From assembly GCA_907165135.1 (NCBI GenBank), contig OU015568.1, forward strand, positions 8,866,001 through 8,930,000: DNA of 64,000 nucleotides, given 5' to 3'. Made by a program: the position numbers and the translations under genes. This document shows, one piece after another, positions 13,901 to 24,600 of the stretch. Source of the stretch: Oikopleura dioica. Taxonomy: Eukaryota > Animalia > Chordata. The notes beneath the pieces were generated by a model, which saw only the letters and a program-made list of their open reading frames with translations, had not been told where the DNA came from and searched no databases. Position 1 is the first letter of the stretch. The number at the start of each line of letters is the position of its first letter.

Positions 13901-15389
13901 AATAAAAGCCAGGCTCAGGGCTCGTTCAAACTGGGTGAATTGGGATATTTTTCTATTTGAAATTGTTCACGAAATAAACAGTAGTTTACATACAGTACTC
14001 GGAACAACCCCATTTTGTGTAGAAACTGGTGTAAATAGCAGTCATCATTTTCAAGACCCTTATTGGCGTACATATGGAGATAAAATCGACGTCAACTTTG
14101 GGGAAATTCGTGCAAAAATTGAACAAGAAAAGCAAAAAAGAATGATCAAATTTGATAATCCCCGTTTCAAAGAATATGATTTAGGCGATAAAGTTCTTAT
14201 CAAAAATTTCCGCGAAAAATTTCCCCCGTTTTTAGGTCCTTATGAAGTAACGTTTAAATCCCCGAGTGGTCTCTGGTACACTGTTAAAAATGATAAGGAC
14301 GAATTTAGGCGACATGCAGAGCATATAAAAATTTATTCTCAGCGAAATTCAATTTTAGAGACGAATAATGATGTTGAAAAATACCCCAAGACTGTGATTA
14401 AACCACAAGAAAATGATCTCGAGCTTTTTGAAATTTTTTCTGAAAACTGTCTTTTTTCGAAGGATTCCCTTGGTCGGTTTGATGAAGATTTCTCTACAGA
14501 AAAAGAATCGGAAAAAGCGCATGAACCTTTATCCTCTGAAATGTCAGATCAGTCATTACAATCGGAATCTTATCGGGAGCGGTCTAGTTCTTCTTCAGAA
14601 CAAGAAAATTTTTCATCCTCATCGACTCTTTTGATAGAAATGCCATTACCGAAAATTTATCGTAATCAAGAACCTGATTTGAATCAAGTAGGAAATGGAT
14701 CAAATATTGTGCTTGATTCCGAGAAATCAAGTTCTGATTCTGAGCTTTCTGTTAATTTGACATCGTATGATAAATTGCCCGAAATTGATCCGCTAGTTGC
14801 TCTTAAACGTAGAAGGGAAAAATCTGATGATTCCGTTGTCGAGCGTAAAATTGCAAAATTTACAGTCGAAAATAATTTGGAAAACATGTCAATTCTAATT
14901 AAAATGGAAAATCATGATCTTGACTTTTTTGAACATCTAAATGATAAATGGAAAAATACAGACGACATAGAGGAGACTTATGTTGAAAATGGTATATTTA
15001 TCAAACTAAACGAATTAACAAGAGACTCACTTTTATTCATTCTTTTTAAAATGAATCAGGACTTTGATCTCGAGGAATCAAGGGCGAAACTTCAGATAAA
15101 AGTGAAGGAAACTATTCGTAGAGAATATCCGAATTGGCGTAAATCGAGAAACGGACAACTTCTTTTTTTTGCGGTCTTTAGAGTGCAAAAAGAGCGAACG
15201 TTGTACGAACTTACTGTCCCCGAGCTAAAGACTGTTTGCGCTTTTTATGATTTACCCTGTAAATTTCATAACTGTTCAAAGACAATCTTACAGGCATCTA
15301 TCGAAACAGAATTGCTGAAAAAATTTCCAAATCATCCGATGCGTAAAAATGTTCTTGTTTTTCTTCCAGACTTTGAAACTGAAATATGA
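10929..15389 (+). CDS. pol: Retrotransposon Pol (protease, RT, RNase H, integrase, long C-terminal tail)
   Basis: LVDSGS (protease); LCIDYRKLN, DLRKGFHQ, LPMGLKNAP, YLDD (RT); LETDAS..LEKEL..TDNS (RNase H); HDHSH..CHKC, DLIGPL..DNA..NGQVENVNR (integrase); GPY motif. No stops. Confidence 0.97.
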   Translation, partial: RVNGTESPGQAPVPRTCSIFRIGLQYFVEMTIFSKKIKMLVDSGSQLNLLPKSFIPDNVKIHAPDIFAKNYGGGSIEILGYVECDFYVKTEKWGKSRFYIVNDNCEAILGSEALKSNEIMINLHRNRLLKSGPIERMASLCNNSSKSPKVNNIEHDSFYAVSDQNYTFRGKSEQIIDLRIPHLKRSMNLFLEKSQLKNSKLELIESFQRVDPENPFFRILVINPLNSTVKIPAGTAFAQLAEIAEIASIKSSKKDLNFLLSRLKIGDLSKSNQPVFFGLLGMYTHLFQDEDDDLPVSNLEKFSIELETDRPICSNMYRTPYALRGVMSGTLSSYLRQDMIMRINSPYNSPALLVRKRNGTFRLCIDYRKLNSFTLQQHHPLQQIEDVLGFLENSLIFSCVDLRKGFHQCLVDKESREKLAFSTEDGQFTWKRLPMGLKNAPIHFAKCMDVILRDTPKTEICAYLDDLVVHSRTEEEHLANLTKFFQILDQNNLRINIDKASFFERKACILGFEIFNGRIRPSQDKIEAVKNLSIPRNREEAQSLFGLLSQHRKFIKNFAPLGVEISKTYRGSFCWTKEATISLEKLKSIICHNTLELKIPPLNDGVFVLETDASNHSLGGVLYLCAERNKNHHHSHKCLQPIAYHSLNFTPAQQKYGTLEKELYSGKTCMERWRAYLAYVDFLWITDNSCVKYAQSFKTSNLKIQRWFTELQGFSFRIEQRKTHQMKISDCLSRNTLNCSINQIKFTPESFVEFQKSDRVLSQVRRFVSIDRWPNNPPSELYPFFLRRPDLEILESGELAINSPANQKRFCVPEALTETICSEYHDHSHFGIDITAEKISRKYFWPGLKNTVASFIRSCHKCQISKPNLQPNKPPLGKSETPSGPFEILYFDLIGPLQETDFGHKYVMVVIDGFSKKVYAEPLSSKKSDYLLQKFRSVLFRNPKFPKYMVLDNAKEHVLIEKFLKENKIGVHYIPPRHPQSNGQVENVNRTIKARLRARSNWVNWDIFLFEIVHEINSSLHTVLGTTPFCVETGVNSSHHFQDPYWRTYGDKIDVNFGEIRAKIEQEKQKRMIKFDNPRFKEYDLGDKVLIKNFREKFPPFLGPYEVTFKSPSGLWYTVKNDKDEFRRHAEHIKIYSQRNSILETNNDVEKYPKTVIKPQENDLELFEIFSENCLFSKDSLGRFDEDFSTEKESEKAHEPLSSEMSDQSLQSESYRERSSSSSEQENFSSSSTLLIEMPLPKIYRNQEPDLNQVGNGSNIVLDSEKSSSDSELSVNLTSYDKLPEIDPLVALKRRREKSDDSVVERKIAKFTVENNLENMSILIKMENHDLDFFEHLNDKWKNTDDIEETYVENGIFIKLNELTRDSLLFILFKMNQDFDLEESRAKLQIKVKETIRREYPNWRKSRNGQLLFFAVFRVQKERTLYELTVPELKTVCAFYDLPCKFHNCSKTILQASIETELLKKFPNHPMRKNVLVFLPDFETEI

Positions 15390-15438
15390 AAAAGAAAGGC
15401 GACAAAGATGCTCGTTTGCGACCCATGGAAGGTCACAG

Positions 15439-16732
15439 TGATATCCTTAGGGAACAACGCCTCAAGCAACACAAAAAATTTATTTCACGGCCAAATATTT
15501 ACGTCAATTCGGTTCTACGTTAGTTTAAATTTGTCTTGTCAGCTTGGTATCACCAAATTGATCAGACATTTTTCCAAAAATCATTTCACGATATTCTTCT
15601 CAAAATGAAAAGATGGTCAGTTTTTACGAGCCAGATTGACCCAAAATTGTGTTATCATCATGTCATCTCTTTACGATTTCTACTTTTATCATTGGAATGC
15701 TCATATGCTCTCATCATAATCAACGGGTCGGAAATTAATTAAGGGTTTATTCAGTCTAGGATTAATGTGTATGTACGCATACTTTGGAAAAAATCTTAAT
15801 TTGTTTCTGACTATTCTAGTGCGATCTGACGTCCATTCATCAAATATATGCAATTCGCAAAACCGCATGTTTAATCTATTTATTGATATTTCTTATCATT
15901 GCTTTGCGATTTTAAAAGTTCGATTATTGACAGTTCATACGATTCAACTTCTACAACAAGATAGCCGTCAACACCTTCTTCAACAACAACTACTCCAACG
16001 AGCCGATAAACCGTCGTATCATCTCGGTGCCGTGGGGTCGGACAAACTCTCTGTCAGTGCGTCCGCTTGTCGCAAACTAGCTCATCCGTAAGAGAAGATA
16101 CGGTGCGAACCGCGACAGTAACTTCCCCCGGGTATGTTCCTTGGAATTTGCTTCTTCTATGATTTCAATTTTGATAAATTTATTTTATAAAATCCTGACC
16201 AAATTTTATTCAATTTATTTGTTAAAATTTTGTACATATTCTTTTTCTTTTCTCATCCTTTTTTATATTTCAATCCTAATTAACAGTCACTTCTACGGTC
16301 ACATAGTGAGAAGTTTTAGTGGCTGTTATTATTTTCTGCTTTTTATTATCAAAAAAAATTAATTTGCGTTTTATCTCGTCACGCGCGGCGCCGGCTTCAA
16401 AATCCTTTGAAAATAACTTGCTTGGCAAGTTCGACCAGCTCATCATCCGAAAAGAAATCGATCCGAAAGGATTTCCCGCAAGAAAAACCGCTAAAGAAAG
16501 CCACGGGCTCTCTTCCTTGTTTTCAAAAGAAAAATTGTTTTTCAAAAACAACCGCTTGTTCAAAAACACTGATTGAATCTCGCTGCTATTTAACCCCGCG
16601 TCGCGCCTTTTTCCGGCATTCAAATCACAAATAAAACCACGCAAATTTTAAATTTGATTCTCGTTATTTTCGCTTGGCATTCTAGAGTTAGAGATCGAGC
16701 AAAATTCCTGCAGGACAGCCGCTTCCGTATCA
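15439..16732 (+). repeat. 3' LTR (1294 bp)
   Basis: Near-identical copy of 8533-9826, followed by TSD GTACA. Confidence 0.97.
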
Positions 16733-16833
16733 GTACACGACAACGTGGTTGATAGTTACCACAAGGAACACTTTATTATTCATTTTCAAATCAAATTTAT
16801 TTAAGTTCAAAAACTGTCTACAAAAGAATAAGA

Positions 16834-18039
16834 TTATGAATCAATAACATGCACAACAGCAGGCATTTCTAATAGCTCGCAGCCATCATTACTAAATCCC
16901 CAGTGGAATCCAATTTTCGCTCGTTGTATATCTTCAGCTTCAGTTTGGACAAGAACAAAGTGTTTTTCGCTCATTCCAGATCCGTCTGAGCGGCGTTTTC
17001 GAAGGAGAGATCCGTCACCGTTTGTTGTTCCGGTAAAGTCGGCGTACCAAAAGTTGGGAACGGCATCGTCACTGCATTCGCCAAAGAAGACGACGTGGAT
17101 TTCTCGTCGTGTTGTTCCTCCTTGTGCTGGTTGAAGGATGATGTTTCCAGTCATTTGATTAGTTCGAATCTCTGCGTCACCAGTTCCGTGGTTGTTTCCA
17201 CCGCCTCCAGTGCTTGTTTCTTCTGTTGTGGTCGTCGTAGGGGCGTCAGTTGGTCCACTGCCATCACAGCCTACAGTTGATCCATTTTCTCCAGTCGATG
17301 TGCCAGAAGCATCGCAAATGGCCCGAGTATCAGTTTGGCCTCGCCCGAGAATGATGCTATCTCTAGCAGCTTTGTCGGCTACAATTTCGACTTCGAAACA
17401 AGTAGAGTAGTAATCAGTTGCGTGGTTGAAAGCCCAAACCCAGGAGAAAGTGTAGCTTCCAACTGGATAATCTTCTGGGATGTTGAAAGAGTAAGTTCCA
17501 AGAGATTTATCTGTATCTTCGCAAAAAGCAGGAGCGTTGGCGTAACCCACTTTTGGATAAGCTTCGGTGTCGACTCCATTGCCAGTTGGCGACTTTCCGA
17601 GGTTGGCGACTTCGTTTTGTTTGAAAACGCTCAAGACCTGGTCAGCTTGACCGGGGTTGGTTTGAGCAGTTGCGTAGATCCAGTTTCCGTTGTCGGGAAT
17701 GTAGGGGTTCGTGCACGGTCCTGTTCCGTGGTTTTTCATCGGATGAGCGAGGATGACTTGCTGGCCTTGGTAGTAGACCGTCGAGTGGTGGCCGCTCTGG
17801 TAGTTGTTGTTGTTTCGGGAAGACTTGCAAGGAGACGATCCCGAATTGGGCCGATGGTCGAATCCTCGGTCTCCACCGAAAGTCTGCCCGATTGGAGCAT
17901 ACTGATGAGCATCTCGAGGCCACGCTCGGCAAAGATCGTGGTCGTAGTATCTTGCGTTCTTCTCCAAATAATCGGTGCAAGCGATCCAGGAATGGGCAGA
18001 AACGCCGGCGGATAAAGCGGAGAGGGTAAAAAGTTTCAT
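16834..18039 (-). CDS. Intronless secreted protein, 401 aa, with predicted mature His1 (LPMO/histidine-brace-like N-domain), Thr/Gly linker and unknown C-domain
   Basis: Signal peptide MKLFTLSALSAGVSA then HSWIAC; HPMKNH; GSYTFSWVWAFN..YYSTCFEVEI; PTTTTTEE linker; RKRR site. The ORF is certain; the function is inferred. Confidence 0.7.
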   Translation of the reverse strand: MKLFTLSALSAGVSAHSWIACTDYLEKNARYYDHDLCRAWPRDAHQYAPIGQTFGGDRGFDHRPNSGSSPCKSSRNNNNYQSGHHSTVYYQGQQVILAHPMKNHGTGPCTNPYIPDNGNWIYATAQTNPGQADQVLSVFKQNEVANLGKSPTGNGVDTEAYPKVGYANAPAFCEDTDKSLGTYSFNIPEDYPVGSYTFSWVWAFNHATDYYSTCFEVEIVADKAARDSIILGRGQTDTRAICDASGTSTGENGSTVGCDGSGPTDAPTTTTTEETSTGGGGNNHGTGDAEIRTNQMTGNIILQPAQGGTTRREIHVVFFGECSDDAVPNFWYADFTGTTNGDGSLLRKRRSDGSGMSEKHFVLVQTEAEDIQRAKIGFHWGFSNDGCELLEMPAVVHVIDS

Positions 18040-18081
18040 TTCTTGGTTATTTTTTTCTGGTTCTGAACTTGTGCCCTCGAC

Positions 18082-18155
18082 TTTTATAATCAGATCGTAA
18101 AAGTAAATACGCCACCGAGATGAGCAAATTAAGCGTCAATGAGATGAGCGTCAAT
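18082..18155 (-). promoter_or_regulatory. Putative TATA promoter of the His1 gene, with two ATTGACGC repeats
   Basis: TATAAAA (minus strand) at 18082-18088, 43 nt upstream of the ATG. GCGTCAAT repeated at 18133-18140 and 18148-18155. Confidence 0.45.
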
Positions 18156-18690
18156 GGTGCTGGCGTCTATTTTTATCGTCAACGGAATCATTCTCCGGTA
18201 GTAAAAATGTACACTTGTGCACTTGAGAGTGATTATGCGCACAACAGCTGATAATTGATAGTTGAAGAAGGCTGGAAGAGATTCAAAAAGCTCTGAAAAG
18301 CTGCAGAATCTGAACGGCAAAGCTCCCAGGGGCCTTGTTCAATACGCTCATAATCCAAAGATTGATCACGGACAAGAGTACTTTGGGAGACACCTTGTTA
18401 ATTTGAAAACTGTTTTTTTAAATGCGTTCTCAGCATTTACTGTAGCACTCTTCTAATTAGCTTGAAGGCCAAGTTGAATGAAAAAGGATGATTTAGTAAA
18501 AAATATTACAAGAGCCACGATGTCGACGTATCCTGTTGGCTGAATTTTAAATGCGATTGCTTTAAGTTATTTCAAATAACTTATTTACTCAGACAAGGAG
18601 TCGCAAGAATAGTTTTACTTTTGCTGCCAGAATAAATTTGTGATATTGATGTTGAGGTTTATTTACAGGCAGATAGAATTCAAAAGCGTT

Positions 18691-21600
18691 TTAGCTCAGT
18701 TTTGTAGCAGGGCCAGTTGGGAAGAGTTTTTCAGTGATCATTCTTGCGTTCAGAATCGTATCAATCTCGGCCAGTGGCTGATCTTCGGAGCCCATTTGGA
18801 TCTTGAAGGTTGCCGACCAAAGACCATCTTCTGTAAGTGGGCTGACAGAAAGCAGCGTCATTCCTGGAATGGAGGATTCTTGAGTCGGCCCTTGATACGG
18901 TCGCCCAACGTTTTCAAGCCGATTGATTATTATCTTCTTCTTGAGAGCAGCTTCGAACGAAATTTGAACGACAACTTCATTTCCTGTAGCTTCGAAAGCG
19001 ACAGGGATGTCAATCTGGATCGGATTGAAGGACTTTTTCTTAGATTTCTTTGGTGACTTTGCTTTTGATTTGCCTTCGTACCTAAATAATTAATGCTTGG
19101 CAAGTTGTTTTTTAATAAAGTCTTACATTTGGACATGAGCCTGGAGCAATTTCAAAACTGATGGCGTTTTGGGAGCGGGAGTTGTTCGCTGTTGACTTTT
19201 TGTTGTAGTCGTTGTAGAAGTTGTTGAGATGACATCTGTTGTATCATTGAGAACAGCAATTTTTTCGAGGAATAAGTCTGATATTTCTAGGCCAGCGTAT
19301 TGCGTAATAAATTCAACCTCGTATTCAATCATCCGTCTAATATCATCATCTGGTGCATTTTCCATCACATTAACATCGAAAGTCACGTGTACTCGAATAG
19401 TTCGTTCATCAACAGGAATCAAATCTGTGATCTGATAAAGTGAAATCTGCCCTGTTAAACTTTGTAGCGCGTCCCAGACTAGGCCCATCACTTCATCAAA
19501 ATCCATTATGTCGTCAGAGGAAAGAAGATCGATTTGAACTTGAGCTTCTAGTGTTGTCATTTTGTTTTCATCGGGAGAAGACTGAGTTATTCCTCCTTGA
19601 TATCGAGCATCTAGACCTTTTACTGATGGATAGGTTGAAAGAGCGCTGCGGAAATAAGATCGTAGAGTAGCGATCGGAAGAGCTTCAGACGACTTTGTAG
19701 TAATCACGATTGAATAAGAGTATTTGTCGAAGTTGCCTTCTTCAAGAATCAGTAGTCGAGCAATGTCACTGTACTCCAATTCTATGACTTCGACGAGCCC
19801 ATCGAGAATTCGCCAGACTTCTCCTTCTTCCACAATATCGGATTCAAGATATTGGTAAAGGATGTCTAGAATGATGAAATGTCTAGTAATGGTTTGCTCC
19901 GGCGTTGTCGTGGTAGTAATCGTTGATGTAGTTGTTGTTGATGTTGTCGTTGTTGATGTCGTCGTCGTTGATGTTGATGATGTCGTTGATGTCATAACCG
20001 CTGTTGTTGACGAAATGATTCGGGTAAAAACACTTTTCTGTGGAGTAGTTGTTGATGTCATCGACGGCGTTGTAGTCCTCATTTCTCTTGGATCATAGAA
20101 TCCTCGTTTTGGCAAAACGTTGTTAACCTTTTCCAAGGTAATGATATCCGGACCGATAAGTTCTAATGAAAAGGAATCTTCGACAATGTAGAATGCAGAA
20201 GTCTGTTGATTGAGCATTTCACAACCAGATTGAAGAAGAGCTGTCAGCATCGAGTTATCGAAGTGATTCGAGTTCCAGTGATCTTCATTGAATAGAACCA
20301 TGAACAGAACGTTGACCTCGAAACCGGAGCTGAAGTCTTCCTGCGCTTTTGGCCTGGTGTTCGTCGCCAATATGGTCGCGAGATTATTGTAAAAAGCACG
20401 GAGCTGATCCGCCAAGACGCTTGAAAGCGCCCGAATGTCTGATCGGAAGTCCTTTGTTTCGATATAGAGATGCTCCAGCTTTAATCGTAAATAAACCATG
20501 TCGCTTTTATCCTCAAGTTTGATCATGTCTGATTTCAACATAGATTGAGTCGTGATTGTCGAAAGTGTTGTTGCCGTAGAACCTGTCGTTGTCTGTATAT
20601 CGAAGTCGACCGAAACTGTATCTGACCACGCAGAAACTCCCATAAGCTCAAGCCCAGGTAGAATATCATAGATTGATTTGGCGATGTTTCCGATGAGGTT
20701 TTCGGGTAACTGTCCGAGTGATTGACGTACAGTCACTTCATAATCGATTCCATCGTTGTAGTCGAGGGTAACGACGGGATTAGGTAAGATATTCATAAAA
20801 TGCTTTCTGATGTTTTCTTGGGCTAAAAGCTCATCGATAGAGAGAGAAGCGATGAATTTAATCTCGAGTGGAGAATCTCCTTCGAACTCTCTGAAAGATG
20901 AAGTTGTTGTCGATGCCATTGTAGTAGAAGTGGTTGTCGTTGCGTCTGAAGGGCATTTGACTGCGTAAGAATCAAGAAGCTTCATGGAAGACGCAACCTT
21001 GCCAAAGTTCATTTCTGAGCAGTCACTGATGAATAAACAGGCGTCACTTACCGCTTGTGACATTAAAAATTTATAGTTTCAGAACAGTAATGCCGTCATT
21101 TAGTACACACTGAGTTGTCTATAATATTAATGAACTTGTTCCTGAATAAAATCGTGGGCTTTGTGCGATGTAAATCGGACAATCTCTCCTTTTATTGCCT
21201 TCTTGAACAATTTTACGTCAAATTCACTGTCCAAAGTCATCTCGAAACCGATAGATGTGGCAAATAACTTTATGTCTCCTCGTTTCTTTTCTGTCTGTTC
21301 TTCAAGACTGTAATAAACTTGAGCTTCAGTCACACCATCTGTATTCTCCAAAATTGACTTTTGAATTTTCTCCTGGAAGGTATCCATTACGCTCACTGGA
21401 TTGTGTCTGGCATCGATTTCAATGAGGAGTCCAAATTCAAGCATACCAAGATAGCACTCGGTCGATTTCGTCGTAGTTGTTGTTGTCGTTGTTGTTGTGG
21501 TAATATTCGCCTCGTATTTACCGAAAATAGCACCGAGTTTATCGAACATATCTGTTGTTGTTGAAGTTGTTGTGGTCGTTGTTGTGGTCGTAGTCGTTGT

Positions 21601-24600
21601 TGTAGTCGTTGTAGTTGTAGTCGTTGTAGTTGTGGTTGTAGTAGTTGTGGTAGTGGTGGTGGTCGTGGTGGTTGTTGTGGTAGTAGTGGTTGTTGGAATA
21701 TTAGCGTTGAAGAAAATTTGGAATGGTGTATCGTAATTTCGCGTAAGCACAACTTGCATTACCACATTATTTCCAAAGAAAGTTCTCTTCAAGCCGTTTC
21801 TCAAATCGTACGGGCAAATTTGCATTTGCCCGCGCTCATCACTGACGAGAACGTGGTCGTTACAATCACGCGTTTCCATTTCGACAGCGATAAATTCCAC
21901 GTGATAGCTCTCAGCCAAATAGTTGCTGAGAATATAACGATTCAAAGCCGCTTCATTCAAGAAGCCTTCGATGACTCCTGAGGTTTCTTCAAGCTTGACA
22001 TCGATGAGAGGCCAGCATCGTTTTCCATCGCCAACATATCCGCGAGGACATTCGCAAATGAAATCGTCGAGGCGTGAGTGGCACTTCATATCTTCCAAAG
22101 TATCTGGCATGCATTTGTTGCTCTTACACTGATCTTTGTAAGATTTGTAGATGAGCTTGAATCCTGAACCGCGACGCTGTGCCTTAGTAGGGTCGACAAA
22201 AAGACGAATCACGATTTCAGAAACTTCGAAGAGATTGATGCGCTCGGAAATCTCCGCATGAGAGGCTCCGTAGCTCGTTTCTCGTCGACGTCGGTAGTAT
22301 TGACTTCTTGTGCTACCCTTGCAGCTGTCAATTCTGATCGCTTCGTCGGGTGCAGAAGCATCAAAGATCTCAACGTAGTCATCACATCCGTCGACAATGT
22401 CATCAAGATCGAGCGTTTCGATTTCGAATTGATAAGAAACTGCATCAGGGACTTGAACGCGCCATTCTGTCGGTGCCGAGAGAGAATTTCCATAAGCAAA
22501 TGGAAAACCGACATTGGAAATTTCACCTTCCTCATCAACAAGAGTAACGGGAGCGGAAATGTCTGGAAGAACGGGACCAAAGCCAAAGTCTCCAAGAATG
22601 CAGTGATCGTCGACTTCTCTCATTCCTGGCAGACACGAGCATCCAAAAGTACCGATATCATTTCTGCACTCAGAGAAAAGAGAACAAGTTAGTTCTTGAG
22701 AAGACTTCTGCAAAAGTTTCAAAGCCTTGAATTTGCTTTCGTCAATATTTTCATTACCCAAGAAAGTATTGAGTGTTTCGACCTCGATAAATTCAATTTC
22801 GTCGTCGCCAGATCCACCGCCGGAGCTTTCCTCGATCGTTATAGTCGGAATTCTTACCGCCATATTTGTCTCTTGAGAGATGCATTTTAGCAGACAACTC
22901 ATATCGTTACTATTGCACATGGTTCCACAAAACATTAAGCTTGGTAGAATAACATCTTTATCGACATCGATCATTTCATCGGGACTGTATCGGATTCGGG
23001 AAAGAACGCATTTAACGGGACAAACTGTGTCAGATTTCTTGCATTGACCATCGCATAAATCAATCGCCATATGGAAAAGAAGATCGTAGTGCAGATCAAG
23101 TTGTCTGTTGAAGCATTTGTTAACGCAATCAACATTGTCACAGCCCAAACTGCAGTCGTACATTGATGTCAGTAAAATTGACGGGATACTTTGCCTGCTC
23201 GGGCTTGTCAATATGCACTCGGCCATACAACTTGAACCAGACGTAGTCGAGTGCTGACACGAGTTGAAACAAGTCATCAATTTTTGAACTGTGTCTCCGA
23301 GTACTTCTGAGCTTTCTGGTGAAATATTAAGGACGATACCAGCGTTTATATTTTTCAGGAGACAGCCAACAAAGCAACGGCCATCCGCAGAACCAAAGCT
23401 ACAGTCAGCAAGGCATATTTCCATGACTGTATCTCCCGCTGGAGTAGGCAGAGCTAGAGAGCGAAGACAAACTGCCGCTTCTCCAGGATGCTCAGCTTCA
23501 GAGCAGCCTATCATTTGCAACGGGGTGTAAAGCATATTCATTCCAGTGGTCAAATAGTCAATAAAACACTCAGCAGCGTTATCAGCTTTCTTTTGCTGGC
23601 ACTTTTCTGCAGCTTCGTAAATTCTTGCAAAGCTGTCGCTCTCGATCAAGCCAAAAACGCAGCGATATTGACAAAGTATTGGCTCGTGGAACACGTGACA
23701 TTCATCCGCACAGGCGACGATGTATGATGTCGGGCTTTGATCAACGCAGAACATGACACAGGAAAGACCATCTTCTTCTGCCTTGCATTCTTCGAAGCAA
23801 TGGACAAGGGTTGAGACAACATGTTCTTGTGCTAGCGATCGGATTTCTGGCTCTGGAACGAGGCATCGAACAACGCAATTAGCATCAGATGTTGCGCATA
23901 TTTCTGAACAGTCCATAAGCATCGCCACTGAAGACTCTTCGATAAGTGGCTCAGATTTAGCTTGGAAGCAAAGAGTAAAGCATAAAGCTCCGTTATTTGT
24001 GTCCTGGCAGGCAGCTGAACAGCTCCAAATCCAAGAGGCAAGTTGACGTACTTCTACAAAAATATTGAGACCTGAAACATTTCCTAATTCGTACCTGGTG
24101 CAAGAGTCTCACTGAGACACTCCACGGAACACTCTGCTTCGTTATTAGCGCCACTACATTTATTCCAGCATCTCATTGCCATCTGTGTCTTCTTCTTCTC
24201 GTCATCTTCTTTAGTGATAACTGCGGATAGTGCCGAAACAGCGCCGCAAGTTTCGAACTTTACATTTGGATTTTCCAACATGCAGGTAGCCATGAATTCC
24301 CGTTGTTCGGATGCAAGTTCTGCTGGATATTTGAGTTCTTTCGTTACACAAGTATCGTAGCAAGCAAGAGAATCATCAATATTTTCGATATATCTAAAAT
24401 ATCATTTTATAAATTCTAATATAAAAAAGACTAACCGGCAGTTCGAAATACACAACGGCAACTGCATGATCAGCTGATCGTTAAATGAAGTAATATCGTA
24501 ATCCATTGTGATACACTTCAAAAGACACCTCGTCTCGTTTTCCGCGCCTGCACAAAAGACTCTGCAATCATTGAGCTTTTCTCCGACAGACACAATTTGT

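Larger units (their letters stand above)
8533..16732 (+). mobile_element. Full-length Ty3/Gypsy LTR retrotransposon (Tor-like), no env
   Basis: Two 1294-bp LTRs (TGATA...TATCA), 5-bp TSD GTACA at 8528-8532 and 16733-16737, PBS, intact gag, and pol in PR-RT-RH-IN order. Confidence 0.98.

Noticed and set aside
15389-15439. env-like third ORF, as reported for some Tor elements
   Set aside because: Only ~50 nt separate the pol stop from the 3' LTR, and the LTR ORFs lack a convincing signal peptide plus TM layout.
17335-18015. 226-aa plus-strand ORF
   Set aside because: Antisense to the His1 gene, with no recognisable motifs.
16834-18039. Horizontal transfer or contamination as the origin of the intronless His1 gene
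   Set aside because: The neighbouring giant gene also has multi-kb exons, composition is not obviously different, and the flanks are host-like. A phylogeny is needed before claiming this.
21497-21736. Poly-valine ORF resembling a long TM segment
   Set aside because: Reverse complement of the poly-Thr microsatellite.
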